Part shown: one piece after another, positions 13,515 through 25,321 of the stretch
Position numbering within the stretch: the first letter of the stretch is position 1
Layout of the letters: the number at the start of each line of letters is the position of its first letter
Source: Anthoceros angustus
Taxonomy: Eukaryota; Plantae; Anthocerotophyta
Direction: 5' to 3'
DNA: 64,000 bases
NCBI GenBank assembly: GCA_010909165.1
Contig: MU008197.1
Coordinates: 434,001 to 498,000 of the forward strand
Position numbers and translations under genes: made by a program
The notes under the pieces: generated by a model
What the model was told of the DNA's origin: nothing
What the model saw: only the letters and a program-made list of their open reading frames with translations
Databases searched by the model: none

Positions 13515-16030
13515 GCGCCTCACTCCGCCGCTCATTTCCTCGATCACCACTTCCACTCTCCCCTAACCATTTCCCGATTTTCCACACGCACACACAATCC
13601 CTTACAGCGCGCACTCATCCCCCCTTTCGGGGACCTTCCCCTTCCTAAATAAATCTTCTCTCCCTCACCTCACAGACCACACAGACCCCATCTTGGGCCA
13701 CACAGACCCTCCCTTGGGCCACACAGACCCTCTCTTGGGCCACACAAACCCCACCTTGGGCCACACAGACCCTCTCTTGGGCCACACAGACCCCATCTTG
13801 GGCCACAGACCCCTCTTGGAATGAAACACTGGGTGGGGTTGGGAAAGAAGATCAGGAGGGAAAACACCGGTCAGTTCTTGGCGATTTGCCTTCCGGCAGT
13901 TCCGCCTCAACCTTTCGCGGCAACCCCTACCTCTTCGGGACCTTCCGTCACTCCCAGCGTGGAGCTTGGCCACTCGCTCTCGACCATCCGAGGATCTTCC
14001 GGCCTTCTTGTGACGAGGCGGTGCATCGAGCAGTTTGATCTTGATCGACGTCTCTAACCAACCTCGCGCATAGCTTCAACACGGAAGTTCACACTGAATT
14101 ATGCATTAGAGAGACTCTCAAGGGTCTCTTATACATTCACCGTGGATTTCCACTCACTCCTACCGATGTCTAGAAAATATGGCCCACTACCACGAGCGCC
14201 CTACCAATTCGTAACTTCTGACTCCACGGGTCCTCAAAACATCCTATCCCCTACCCCAAAAGCCTCGGCCTATGATGTCGCTCCCCTAAAATCAGTAGCG
14301 TCATGATTCTTTGCCTAGCCCTGCGTAGGTGGGGTTCCGTCGCTCTCGCTCTCTGCGCCTCACTCCGCCTCGACCATCCGAGGATCTTCCGGCGATTCCG
14401 CCTCACTCACTTCCACTCTCCCTAACCATTTTCGATTTTCCACACGCACACACAATCCCTTACGGTAGCGCACTCATCCCCCTTTGGGGACCTTCCCTTC
14501 CTAAATAAATCTTCTCTCCCTCCTCACGGCCACAGACCCCATCTTGGGCCACAGACCCTCCTTGGGCCACAGACCCCTCTCTTGGGCCACACAAACCCCA
14601 CCTTGGGCCAGACCCCTCTTGGGCCACAGACCCCTCTTGGGCCAGACCCCTCTTGGAATGCGGTGGCAGTTGGGAAAGAAGATCGGGAAAACACGGTCGA
14701 TTCTTGGCGATTTGCCTTGGCGATTCCGCCTCAACCTTCGCGGCAACCCCTACCTCTTCCGGCGTCGGACCTTCTCACCCAGTGGAGCTTGGCCACTCCG
14801 CTCTCGACCATCCGAGGATCTTCCGGCCTTCTTGTGACGAGGCGGTGCATCGAGCAGTTTGATCTTGATCGACGTCTCTAACCAACCTCGCGCATAGCTT
14901 CAACACGGAAGTTCACACCGAATTATGCATTAGAGAGACTCTCAAGGGTCTCTTATACATTCACCGTGGATTTCCACTCACTCCTACCGATGTCTAGAAA
15001 ATATGGCCCACTACCACGAGCGCCCTACCAATTCGTAACTACGACTCCACGGGTCCTCAAAACATCCTATCCCCTACCCCAAAAAGCCTCGGCCTATGAT
15101 GTCGCTCCCCTAAAATCAGTAGCGTCATGATTCTTTGCCTAGCCCTGCGGCGGTGGGGTTCCGTCGCTCTCGCTCTCTGCGCCTCACTCCGCCTCCCGCC
15201 ACGCCCGATTCATTCCCACTCACTTCCACTCTCCCTAACCATTTCGATTTTCCACACGCACACACAATCCCTTACGGTAGCGCACTCATCCCCCTTTGGG
15301 GACCTTCCCTTCCTAAATAAATCTTCTCTCCTCCTCACGGGCCACAGACCCCATCTTGGGCCACAGACCCTCCTTGGGCCACAGACCCCTCTCTTGGGCC
15401 ACACAAACCCCACCTTGGGCCAGACCCCTCTTGGGCCACAGACCCCTCTTGGGCCAGACCCCTCTTGGAATGAAACACGGTGGCGGTTGGGAAAGAAGAT
15501 CGGGAGGAAAACACGGTCGATTCTTGGCGATTTGCCTTGGCGATTCCGCCTCAACCTTCGCGGCAACCCCTACCTCTTCTTCTAGGGGTTGGTTTGCCAC
15601 TACTTCCTCATCCAGGCCGTAACTGTCGCTCTCGCTCTCGCTCTCGACCATCCGAGGATCTTCCGGCCTTCTTGTGACGAGGCGGTGCATCGAGCAGTTT
15701 GATCTTGATCGACGTCTCTAACCAACCTCGCGCATAGCTTCAACACGGAAGTTCACACCGAATTGTCTGTTAGAGACTCTCAAGGGTCTCTTATACATTC
15801 GGTGTGGATTTCCACCACTCACTCCTACCGATGTCTAGAAAATATGGCCCACTACGGCGCTCCTACCAATTCAGTAACTACCATGGTCCTCAAAACATCC
15901 TATCCCCTACCCCAAAAGAAGCCTCGGCCTATGATGTCGCTCCCCTAAAATCAGCGGCGTCATGATTCTTTGCCTAGCCTGCGGCGGTGGGGTTCCGTCG
16001 CTCTCGCTCTCTGCGCCTCACTCCGCCTCG
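13515..16030. repeat. Tandem array of about 3 copies of an ~825-840 bp unit, each with an internal 18-22 bp minisatellite (cttgggccacacagacccct)
   Basis: Marker strings recur: cctaaataaatc at ~13643/14500/15312, gaccatccgaggatcttccggc at ~13983/14806/15646, gatgtcgctcccctaaaatcag at ~14274/15098/15933. The minisatellite blocks lie at ~13690-13820, 14530-14650 and 15345-15470. Confidence 0.95.
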
Positions 16031-16329
16031 ATCCGATTCTCCCCAAAACCTCCACCTCGGCATCACTGCGGTTTCTTGGCGTCTTCCATGGGCGTCGTGC
16101 GTCTATAGGCCCTATACTGTTATTCCGCTCCTCATCATTTGGACAGCCACCGTGTGCTCCTCCCTCCACGCCTGCCTCCGCCGCTCATTTCCTCGATCAC
16201 CACTTGGGGGTAGGCCCCGCTCCCGTTCGGAAGAACCAGTAGCCGTGGCGGTCAAGATGTCGACCAATAGTTTACGCCCCTCTGTCCCAACAACCACATA
16301 CACATTTAGAGTGAGCACGCTCACCATGC

Positions 16330-18626
16330 GGCGAAGCCGAGGACATGAGCATCCTCATCCAGGCCGTAACTGTCGCTCTTGACTCTGAGGTTCTTACCCT
16401 CTCCTCCGTGGACAATCACAGGCGGCGCCTTGGAATCCGAGGATCGTATCCCCACCTGCAGCGCTCCTGTCGGTGACTTCCCCCACCTCGGTTCCTCCTT
16501 CCGCGACGGTGGCCGGTTTAGCCACCGTGGTGGTAGTTTCCCCCACGGTGGTGGCTTCGGCTACTGCGGTTGCTGTGGCTCTGCCCTTCTTCGGTTTGGC
16601 CACCTCTCTCTTGACTCTGGCCCTAGCTTCATCTCTCTCTCGCTTGTATCTCTCCGCCAGCTTCTTGAATTTCTCCAGAGGCGCCATTGTTTCCATTTGT
16701 TCCTGGGCTCGCGAGACCTCATCTTGAAGCTCCTCAATTGTGGCATGCGCCCCTTGACCTGATTCACTAAGGCCTCTGTTGGGTGGACATGGCCTTAGCC
16801 GCCTCCCGTGCCTTGCATAGGGCCGCCTCGCATTCCGTCTGCGCTCCTCGCCACCTTGTTCTCGCCTTCAGGCTCTCCAACTTCTCCTTGAGCAACTTTT
16901 CTGTTGGCTGCACACTCGGCCGGTGAGAGCCATGGCTGCTGGTCGAGGAGATCGCTGTCGAGCCATGGCGAGTCGGGGCTGCAGATTCAATTGGGCTGCC
17001 CGTGCCCATTCCCTCCACAACAATTCTACGTGACGGTGTCACTGTCTCCACTTGATGGACGGGTCGGTGAAATGTCGCCAAAATGTTCGGAGCTCCGTCG
17101 CGGACTTGGCTATCGAAACTAACCCCTCTTCTTCTAGGGGTTGGTTTGCCACTACTTCCTCATCCGCTCCAATCTCTCCTAGCGGCAGCGACTCCTCCCC
17201 TGCACACAGAGGGAACAACTTGTCGTTTCCCTTTTATTTTCTCCTCCTTCACTCGCGTTCCTGCTGCCGATTTCGACCTGGTGACCCTAGGTGTGGCTGT
17301 GGGTTCCTCTTCTGCCGCGGCTGTCCTTCCCTTCTTCGCCGACCCCCGTTCAGCCGTCGCCGCCCTCCGCTTCTTGCCCTTGGAAACCTCCCCACCTTCA
17401 TCCGAATCTTCTAGGGAGGCGCATTCCCAACTGCTGGAATCCTTCCCGGAATCTTCCTTACACTCCTCCTCCTCTACCTTGAGTTCCCTGACCGGTTTCC
17501 AGCTATGAAGGCGGAACCGACTTCAACTCCGTTAGACACCCGGAATCGCGAATACATGAATTAGAAAAGGTGAAATCAAGGAGGGCCGAGGGGAAGGGGA
17601 GAGCAAATTCGCCCTCTCCTCACAGGCTCTTTCAAAGATCATCCGCCCCAATCGATTTGTGTACCTTTAACCACCTCATGAAGAAAGACCGAGTAGTGCG
17701 CCATATGATCCAACTTCCGGTTACTGCGAAACACAAAATCCACTTGGCTAATCCCACAGTGCCGAACACGAGTTGGCGAGTCACCCATCCATTGTTCACT
17801 CTCACTTCTCCGGGCTTCATGGCGCGGCTGCGGCTCTCGGGGTCTTCTTTCTCAGGGTCAATTACCAAGCTTCCATCCTCGATGCTTCTCGCCCATACTT
17901 TGCTCGAAAGAGTCCCAAATCCAGTTTGCGGCCTCTTCCTCGCGTCTCCCTCTTGCAACTTGGTTCTCAATTGCGGGCGCACTCTTGCACCAATCTTTGG
18001 TATCGTAACACCATTTCTTCTCCATAAATTCCAGACCCAGCTCACCGATGCCGCTCTCACCTTCCGATGGTCCATGTTGGGCCTTGCATGAGTGAAATTT
18101 CGGCCCTTGGGCGCCATCTCCCTTTCTCCTTGTTTCTCCAGGAAAAGAACCCGACCCTCCTGCAGACGCTGGTCAGAAAAGGGACACCACCCTCGCACGT
18201 CTCCTCCACTCCCCTTTTTGCTGGCGCTCTTGCCTCAGCGCCTCTTTTCCTCCTTCGCTATTTCGCCAGCGCCTGGTTTCCTTCCTCCGCCACCCGTTAG
18301 GTTGTCGTCCTACACTGCAAGCAGAGACTCGGCCGGGCGCGGTTGCATCGTGCGCCCGGCTGCTGCGGCTCGCTCGGCCGGCACGGAATTCGCGACCTCG
18401 CGGTCTTGGGTGTGCCGTCTCGATTGCGCTCGCATGCGGCGGCTCGCTCGGCATACAGCACGGAATTCGCGACCTCGCGGTCTTGGGTGTGTCGTCTCTC
18501 GGTTGCATGGCAGCTCCGCCACTAGGGTTGTAAACTCCCACAGTGCATCGTCCGTTCTTGACCACCGTGGTGGGCGGCTACCTCCGCTTGATCACAAGAA
18601 TCGTGGCAAGATGTAGGCACCTAACA
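16330..18626 (-). mobile_element. Degenerate retrotransposon-associated ORF (MAPKGRNF... / acidic-basic linker / coiled coil) with a possible LTR-like boundary
   Basis: Frame-broken ORF pieces at 17632-18198, 17100-17510, 16767-17081 and 16394-16760. Segments are shared with the adjacent tandem array. The right boundary reads ...ggcacctaaca|tatat, i.e. TGTTAGG on the minus strand. No RT, integrase or transposase motif seen. Confidence 0.5.
18365..18491. repeat. Two-copy ~77-bp direct repeat in the TE terminal region
   Basis: gcacggaattcgcgacctcgcggtcttgggtgtg at 18381 and 18458, each preceded by gcggctcgctcggc. Confidence 0.9.
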
Positions 18627-18918
18627 TATATAGACACTTTCTTATTTCTAAAATCACCAAAACCCAAGGACTCTATCTCAGACCTACCTATCCAAAATTC
18701 GAAAAACCTAAGGTCCAAAAAAGAAATTTATTATCCCAAGGGCCAAGGACCATTCTCGTATAAAAGACCTTACCCAGGCGATTCTCAAAGCACTTTGCTA
18801 TACAAACACTCCCAAAACAAAAAAAATCCTTCACCCCGACACTTCAGAGAGGGGTTAGTGTATATGTGGTCTCCCACAATATGCAACAACATATCACTAG
18901 CTTATCAAACCTGTAAGT

Positions 18919-19480
18919 GTGCACAAGAACAGGTCACATATGTGGAGAAGGAAGTTAAAACATTGCCATGCATTCAACCAAAAGGCACAATTTTTTGCTA
19001 AGAGACATGTAGGATGTCCGAAGAAACAATTGAATGATAGCTTTATGCAGTCATCTACAACAACCCTTGATCTAGCTCACAAAAGGACAAATGCGGACCG
19101 AACTTACCGATCGAAGAAAAAGGTTAGAGGTAGTTACATCAATTGGTTTGCAAATGGGTTGTTCCCGCCAATTCTTGCTGCTATCAAAGCTCACAAGAAT
19201 CTAAATTCGGCACTAAACTTCTTAAAGAAAGTCCATAAAGCACCTACACAGATCAACGACACATATCACAAGTTAAGCTCGAGCTCCTTATATGATCGGT
19301 TCACACTAGCTGGACAGCTCAAGGAGAAATACAAGACTGCAATTTAGAGAGGTACAACACAAACACGAGCTCTTATGTACATGGAAAGTTTATCTTGAAG
19401 GCCTAATGTAGTCAAAGACATAGTGGATGAGGTCGAAGCTACAAGTAAAGAAGGAGCATTGATTACAGGGATGATAGCTC
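18919..19480 (+). mobile_element. DNA-transposase-like remnant (tentatively pogo/DDE_1-type N-terminal region of bryophyte and fern elements)
   Basis: The ORF segment KKVRGSYINWFANGLFPPILAAIKAHKNLNSALNFLK...LSSSSLYDRFTLAGQLKEKYK resembles, from memory, seed-free-plant transposase fragments. It is followed by stops. Confidence 0.35.
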
Positions 19481-21070
19481 TAAGAATCATAAGGGTCCTG
19501 TAGAAGAGAAGGCACCTGAATTGTTGGAGGAAAGGTGCGAAAGAATATATATGATGTGGATATTGATGATGGAGGGTAGGAGGTGCCCCATCCCAACAAC
19601 CATATCACTCTTGAAGGGTGGACTTGGTAGAGAGGACTTGGCATCACTATGTGAGTATGTACAACAACAAAGAACATATATGATGTCGAACATTCAGCAG
19701 CCTTTTTTTGCGGGTGAGACAATACAGATTACATATCGGCAGCCCCACAGGGCCTTAAAACCTTACAACAACAACCCTTTTTTGTAGGTGAGACAGCAGA
19801 GAACATATATGAGGTGGAACATATATCAGTTGGCCCCACATGGCTTCAAAACAGAGGTAGGCCACCAAGGGCTAGAGGTGGGAGCTACCTCATCCTAGTA
19901 GTGATCGGGGGCGGGAGATGCCCCATCTCATCGTTGATCCGTTTGGAGGGTTGCTTACCTACGGAGTTCTAATGAACTCTTGGCTACGTGTTCCTTCTCA
20001 AGGGAGGACTTGGCGTCACTAAATGAGTATATGCATCTGTTGGCATTTGTAGGAAGACTATGATCTGTAGTGCCTTCGAAGATTACTTGAAGGGGAAGCA
20101 AAGTCCCATCAGCTAAAGAAGCCACCCATGCAGTAATCTATCGCTTGTCTTCCATGCCTAGTGCTTTCACATGCTTTGTCCCTCTTTTTATCCCATGTAC
20201 ACTAACCTCCTAGAGGTACTCGGTGGACACTAGTTTCACCTGTATTTACAACCTAGCTTAGTACATTGCCATATAACTTCAAGAGGTAATCTACTCTCAT
20301 AGCCATATTTTTTCCTTATTGTTCCCAATCTTCTCGGACTTTCCCAACCGCTATTGTAGGTTTTCTTCTACTCCATCCCATTTCTTTCTTCATGAACTTT
20401 CTTGCATATTTTGTTGTTATCTTGAATAAATACTCCATCAAACTCATAAAAAAAAACAGTTGTGCCAATAATTTATGTCAGAACTACACTGGTAAAGCGC
20501 ATTTATAAAACAACTATCTCCAAGTGAGAACAAATCTAAGTTGAGGTCATGGTGGAAAAAGAACAATGTCTTCGTTACATGAATGCCCATGGAGATATTT
20601 GTAGTGACTTTTATCCTCAGTTAGGATACTCGAGCGACCCGGGTCCTAGTCCTGGCACGGAATATGAAGGTGGTCTGACCGAGAAGAGGTTTTTTGGTTC
20701 TCTTCCAGCGGCACATACATAAGCTGTACCAACTCCGATTGAGAGAACGCAAGCGAACTATGAACTATGGTGAGTCTATGAAGGAGTTGCCAGCGAAATA
20801 TGAAGCGAAAATATCCACGGCGCTCCGTGAAATACACAAGGACTGATGATCCACGAACATACTGATATTTCAAGGAGCTCAGCGAAATATCCATGGGCTA
20901 GTGTACGAACTGATCATCGACGGAGCTAAAAGCGAAGGAACTGTGAAGCTATTGGAGCTGTTTCTCGCCCATTCATTTGTCGCAAGTGCTCGCATCAGTT
21001 CAACTCATTGTTGGGATTCCTGGCCTATAGATCGCCAAATCATCTCATCTCTCTGCTGACACAACTGTTA

Positions 21071-23566
21071 CTAGCTTCTGCAACCCCAACCATCAGAGGT
21101 ATCCTGGGACGGGTCCAGATGCGGGACATAGGATCCTGCTTTGTTCATTGAGGAAAGAAGTTGTCGAAGCCTGATATATATGTCGCCACTCTCTGGGTGC
21201 TTCTTATCTCCAACCAAAAAACTATGCACCACACCATCCGTGTCTGTCCACCAGCTCTGGCCTGGTTGCTTCCATGCTCGGGTTCCTGTTCTCCTCACCT
21301 GCATCTCGTGTGCCTGCTTCCACATCTGGGCACCAGTGTATATATTCGACATCAACACATATGCAGCAGCATCTTTCGTGTCTAGCTTCATTGCTTCATC
21401 AAAGGCATGGCATCCCAACTCCACATTGTTCCACTTTTGACAAGCACCCAACAGAGTGTGCCAAACTGCAGCATTAGGCAGTACAGGCATTGCCCTTACC
21501 AGAGCTAGTGATTCATCTAGTCTGCCTGCCCGACCCAGGAGATCCACCATGCATGCATAGTGCTCCACAGTTGGGGTGATGCCATATTGTCTGCTCATAG
21601 CCTCAAAGTACTCTTGCCCCTTGTGCACTAGACCCGCATGGCTGCAGACTGTTAATACGCTAAGCAGCGTGGTGGCGGCCGGCTGAATGCCAGCCTGTAT
21701 CATTCGGTGATACAAATCAAAGACCACTTCACTGGCTCCCTGACGGGTGTAGCCTGCAATCAGAGCACTCCAGGTGACAACATCTCTTTCAGGCATGGCA
21801 TCAAACACATGTTGTGCATCAGCCATGCTCCCTGACTTTGCATACATGTTTATCAAACTGTTGCCTATAGTCCCATCGAGTTGAAGGCCTGCATCTTCAA
21901 TCTGCGCATGAAGCTGCCTGCCCACGTGCAAGGCTGCCACACTTGCACAGGCCTGCAGGAGGCACCCAAATGTCACAGCATCAAGTGGAACCATGCCTTC
22001 TCCTCCCATTGCCTTGTAGAGATTCAGGGCTTCCTGACCCATGCCCTGCTGGGAATAGCCTGCTATCAGAGCAGTCCATGTCACAACATCTTTCTGAGGA
22101 AGTCTGTTAAACACTGCCCGAGCATCCTTGACGCTGCCGCACTTTGCATACATGTTTACCAGAGCGCCACCTGCAAACACGTCAGCTTGAAGTCCTTGTT
22201 CTCTGATTTGTGCATGAAGCTGCTTGCCCGTCTCCAAAGCTGGGGTGCCCACAGTTGCACAAGACTGCAGGAGGCACACAAATGTGACTGCATTGGGTAC
22301 AATCATGCCGCCTTTTTGCATGGCCGTGTAAAGATGAAGGGCTTCCAGCCCCATGCCCTGCTGCGAATATCCTGCTATCATTGCACTCCATGTCACCACA
22401 TTTTTCTGACCGAGTTCGTCAAATACACCCCGAGCATCCTCCAAGCTGCCGCACTTCGCATACATGTTCACCAAGCTGCTGGCTACAAACACATCAGCTA
22501 AAAGATGTCCTTGTTCTCTGATCTGTGCATGAAGCTGCCTCCCCTTCTCCAGAGCTGCAGTGCCCACACTTGCACATGCCTGCAGGAGGCACGTAAATGT
22601 CACGGCATCAAGTGCAACAATGCCTTCTTCTTGCATAGCCTCGTGAAGACGAAGAGCTTCCTTCCCCCTGCCCTGCTGGGAATATCCTGCTATCATAGCA
22701 TTCCAAGTCACCACATCCTTTCGAGGAAGGCCGTGAAACACTCTCTGAGCGTCTTCCAAGCTGCCACACTTTGCATACATGTCCACCAAGCAGCTGGAGA
22801 CAAACAAACTAGGCTCCACCCCACTGGCCAACACATCAGCATGGACCTGTTGCCCAGTATCCAAGTCTGCTCCCCTAGCACAAGCCTGAAGGGCTGCCAC
22901 AAACACATGGCCATCCGGCTTCACACCTGACCTGCGCATCCGATGGTACAGTTGTATGGCCTGCTTATCTTGCCCCTGCTTAACATTAGCAGAAATTATG
23001 GCAGACCACGAGAAGGCGTCAGGTGTGGCAACCATCTCGAACACATCCATGGCGTCTTGCAACCTGCCATGGCCAGCATATAGTCTCATGATGTGGTTGC
23101 ACAAGAACGTGTCCGACTCACAACCCACTTTCACAGCGAGAGCATGCACACGACGACCAAGAATCAAATCCCTCTGAACCACACATTTCTTCAGCACTGT
23201 GTAAAAGAGAGACTGAGAGGTTGGACAGTCCGTCTCCACCAAAAGTCCCAGAGCCTCAACAACAGCCTCCCTCACCTGCCCCTGCTGACATAGCCTGCTC
23301 ACGGTTTCAGCCGTCACGCCCCTTGACCACGCTGCCGACCTGCCAGGATCATCCGGCACGCCCCAGTGGGATGCGGTAGGGGCACCAGCCTGACCCATCA
23401 TCTGCACCTCCACCTTCTGGGACGAACGGGAGCTCTTTTCCTGTCGCGCATCCGGACAATCTCTTGGAGAGCCTGAGATGCCTCCCTTGTTGGCTAACGG
23501 TCCGAGACCAGCGCCAATGGTGTCCACACCCATCTGCGTTGCCACAGGAAACATCAAGCTCAGCAC
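21071..23566 (-). CDS. PLS-class PPR protein with E/E+ extension (WW-type PG box) and no complete DYW domain
   Basis: Intronless 831-aa ORF with P-L-S repeats (DVVTWNAMIAGYSQQG; SLVNMYAKCGSLEDAR), E1 EHYACMVDLLGRAG, E2 AAYVLMSNIY, then WKQPGQSWWTDTDGVVHSFLVGDKKHPES...YVPH and a stop. The start could be 23566, ~23530 or 23401. Confidence 0.95.
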   Translation of the reverse strand: MLSLMFPVATQMGVDTIGAGLGPLANKGGISGSPRDCPDARQEKSSRSSQKVEVQMMGQAGAPTASHWGVPDDPGRSAAWSRGVTAETVSRLCQQGQVREAVVEALGLLVETDCPTSQSLFYTVLKKCVVQRDLILGRRVHALAVKVGCESDTFLCNHIMRLYAGHGRLQDAMDVFEMVATPDAFSWSAIISANVKQGQDKQAIQLYHRMRRSGVKPDGHVFVAALQACARGADLDTGQQVHADVLASGVEPSLFVSSCLVDMYAKCGSLEDAQRVFHGLPRKDVVTWNAMIAGYSQQGRGKEALRLHEAMQEEGIVALDAVTFTCLLQACASVGTAALEKGRQLHAQIREQGHLLADVFVASSLVNMYAKCGSLEDARGVFDELGQKNVVTWSAMIAGYSQQGMGLEALHLYTAMQKGGMIVPNAVTFVCLLQSCATVGTPALETGKQLHAQIREQGLQADVFAGGALVNMYAKCGSVKDARAVFNRLPQKDVVTWTALIAGYSQQGMGQEALNLYKAMGGEGMVPLDAVTFGCLLQACASVAALHVGRQLHAQIEDAGLQLDGTIGNSLINMYAKSGSMADAQHVFDAMPERDVVTWSALIAGYTRQGASEVVFDLYHRMIQAGIQPAATTLLSVLTVCSHAGLVHKGQEYFEAMSRQYGITPTVEHYACMVDLLGRAGRLDESLALVRAMPVLPNAAVWHTLLGACQKWNNVELGCHAFDEAMKLDTKDAAAYVLMSNIYTGAQMWKQAHEMQVRRTGTRAWKQPGQSWWTDTDGVVHSFLVGDKKHPESGDIYIRLRQLLSSMNKAGSYVPHLDPSQDTSDGWGCRS

Positions 23567-23848
23567 CAGGCGTTAAGCACGCATCTCTAGTCAGCGGACA
23601 GGCCATTGGGGAGACGGACGTTCCAGGACTGTTTCATCGGCAGTTCTCAATGCCCATTGTAGGAGAAGTTATGGGGACTGCAACCTCCGCGGTACACTTC
23701 GAGAAATCCTGTGAGAGAGGCCATGAGACGTGTGCTGCTGGACACAGTCCATGCATTTCAGCGGTAGAAAAAAATGAGGAATGCACATGTGGCGCGTGGA
23801 AGCGCTGAATGGTCCCAAAGCTTTTCTTGCCACCATCCGTGAGCTCAT

Positions 23849-25308
23849 CTACTCTTCTGATGGGGGGGCATCATCTTCTACTTCTACTTCTGCGTCTACT
23901 CCTACAGCCCACCAAAAGCTGACTGAAAAGCTGACGCTGAGCGACCTTACGTAGTGCCACCACTTGGGGGGCACGTACAACAAATCACCAGGCTCCAAAA
24001 TGCAGTCCACGAAGGGCAGATCCTTGGCAGCGCTGAACTTGTCGTAGTCCGGGTTATCAAGGTCCACCTGGAGACAAGGCACGGCAGTCACCCCGAATGT
24101 TACATTCCCATCACGGGCAGGGCCAGGGCAGGGTAGGGCAGGCAGATCGACCGACAACTACCTGACTTGAATTCTGAAGCATCGGCTCTTCGTACGGGTA
24201 GAGCTCGCCGGATATCTTGGACGGATACAGCCTCACGTACTTCCTCCCCACAACCTGCCAACCCCTAATCCGTCCTTCACATTTCTCCCAAGACACACGC
24301 AGACACACAGTGAGGCGTGAAGCTGGGTTACCTGGGCAAGGAGATTGTGCACAGGGTCATGGTGCAAGGGGGTGACGGTGCCGCTGGGGCCGAACCACGC
24401 ATTGATAGACTGCAGGCTGCCACCGCCCAGGCTGCAGTAGTCCGGAATTATGATATCCTTGCGGAGCTCCGGGATCTGCCAAACCCCAAACACACGACAC
24501 CATCACCATCCGGCCAGCATCTGCAGGCAGAGATGAGGCAGTGTTGCACCAACCTGGTCGAAAAGAGGATGCTGTGCAAGATAGGCACGTTCCAGGCAAC
24601 CAGACGGTGCCCGCTCCCAGTAGGCAACGAGGTCGGACACGGTCATGAGCTGCTGCTTCCATCCCTGGGCCAGGTAATGCTGGCCCACCTCGACGGGCAC
24701 CGTCCGGCTGCCCGCAACCTGGCGGATGTAGTCCAGGTGGTGCCACTTGGCCATGGCCGGCCAGTGGGCGATGGCATCCCGGATGACGAGCGGCTCCCCG
24801 GGCACGAGATGGCGGCACAGGAATCCCTCCAAGGACGGCAGCCGCTCCACCGGGACGCCATGTCCCGGCCCCTGCATCGACCCATGCGGGAGGGGGAGGC
24901 CTGCCGACGGCGCCTGCAAGGGCCAGCGGGCAGCTTCCGACGATCCTGGTGCTGGCGGGTCTCGAGCGTGGGAAGAAGCGATGGCGGCGTGGAGGTGGCG
25001 GCGGAGGCGGGGCCCGCCCATGATGAGGCCGAGGTCCAGGCACCGGAGCGCATCGGCATCGGCATCGGCATCGGCATCGGCCGCATCGCGGAGGCAGGCG
25101 GCCAGGAGGAGGCAGGAAAGCGAGAACGCGTCTCGCCAGAGCGGGCCACCGACGTCCACGCCCCGCGTGCAGCTGCTCCCAGGCCATGTCGTAGGCCTGG
25201 TGGCGGCGGCCACGTCGCCCGCCGCCGCCGCCAGGGCGGCTTCCGCGAAGGCGCCGCCCCGGCCTTGCGCGCCTCCTCCAGCACCTCGGCCCGCTCCTCC
25301 TGCTCCAT
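23849..25308 (-). CDS. JMJ30: JmjC-domain protein JMJ30/JMJD5 (exon 1 needs about 4 single-base corrections)
   Basis: Exons 25308-24554, 24476-24332, 24254-24162, 24067-23849. Motifs: [10 protein letters not shown]...[63 protein letters not shown]. The N-terminal motifs are spread over three frames, with shifts at G/C runs. Confidence 0.93.
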
Positions 25309-25321
25309 TCGCTTTGAGAGA

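Noticed and set aside
13380-18626. Complete LTR retrotransposon from TGTCAC (13380) to CCTAACA (18626)
   Set aside because: The two ends share no LTR sequence, the flanking 5-mers differ (ctatt vs tatat), and no gag/pol motifs were found.
20585-20898. Possible MITE bounded by gcccatgga..atattt / aaatat..ccatgggc
   Set aside because: The inverted match is short and imperfect, there is no target-site duplication and no second copy in the window.
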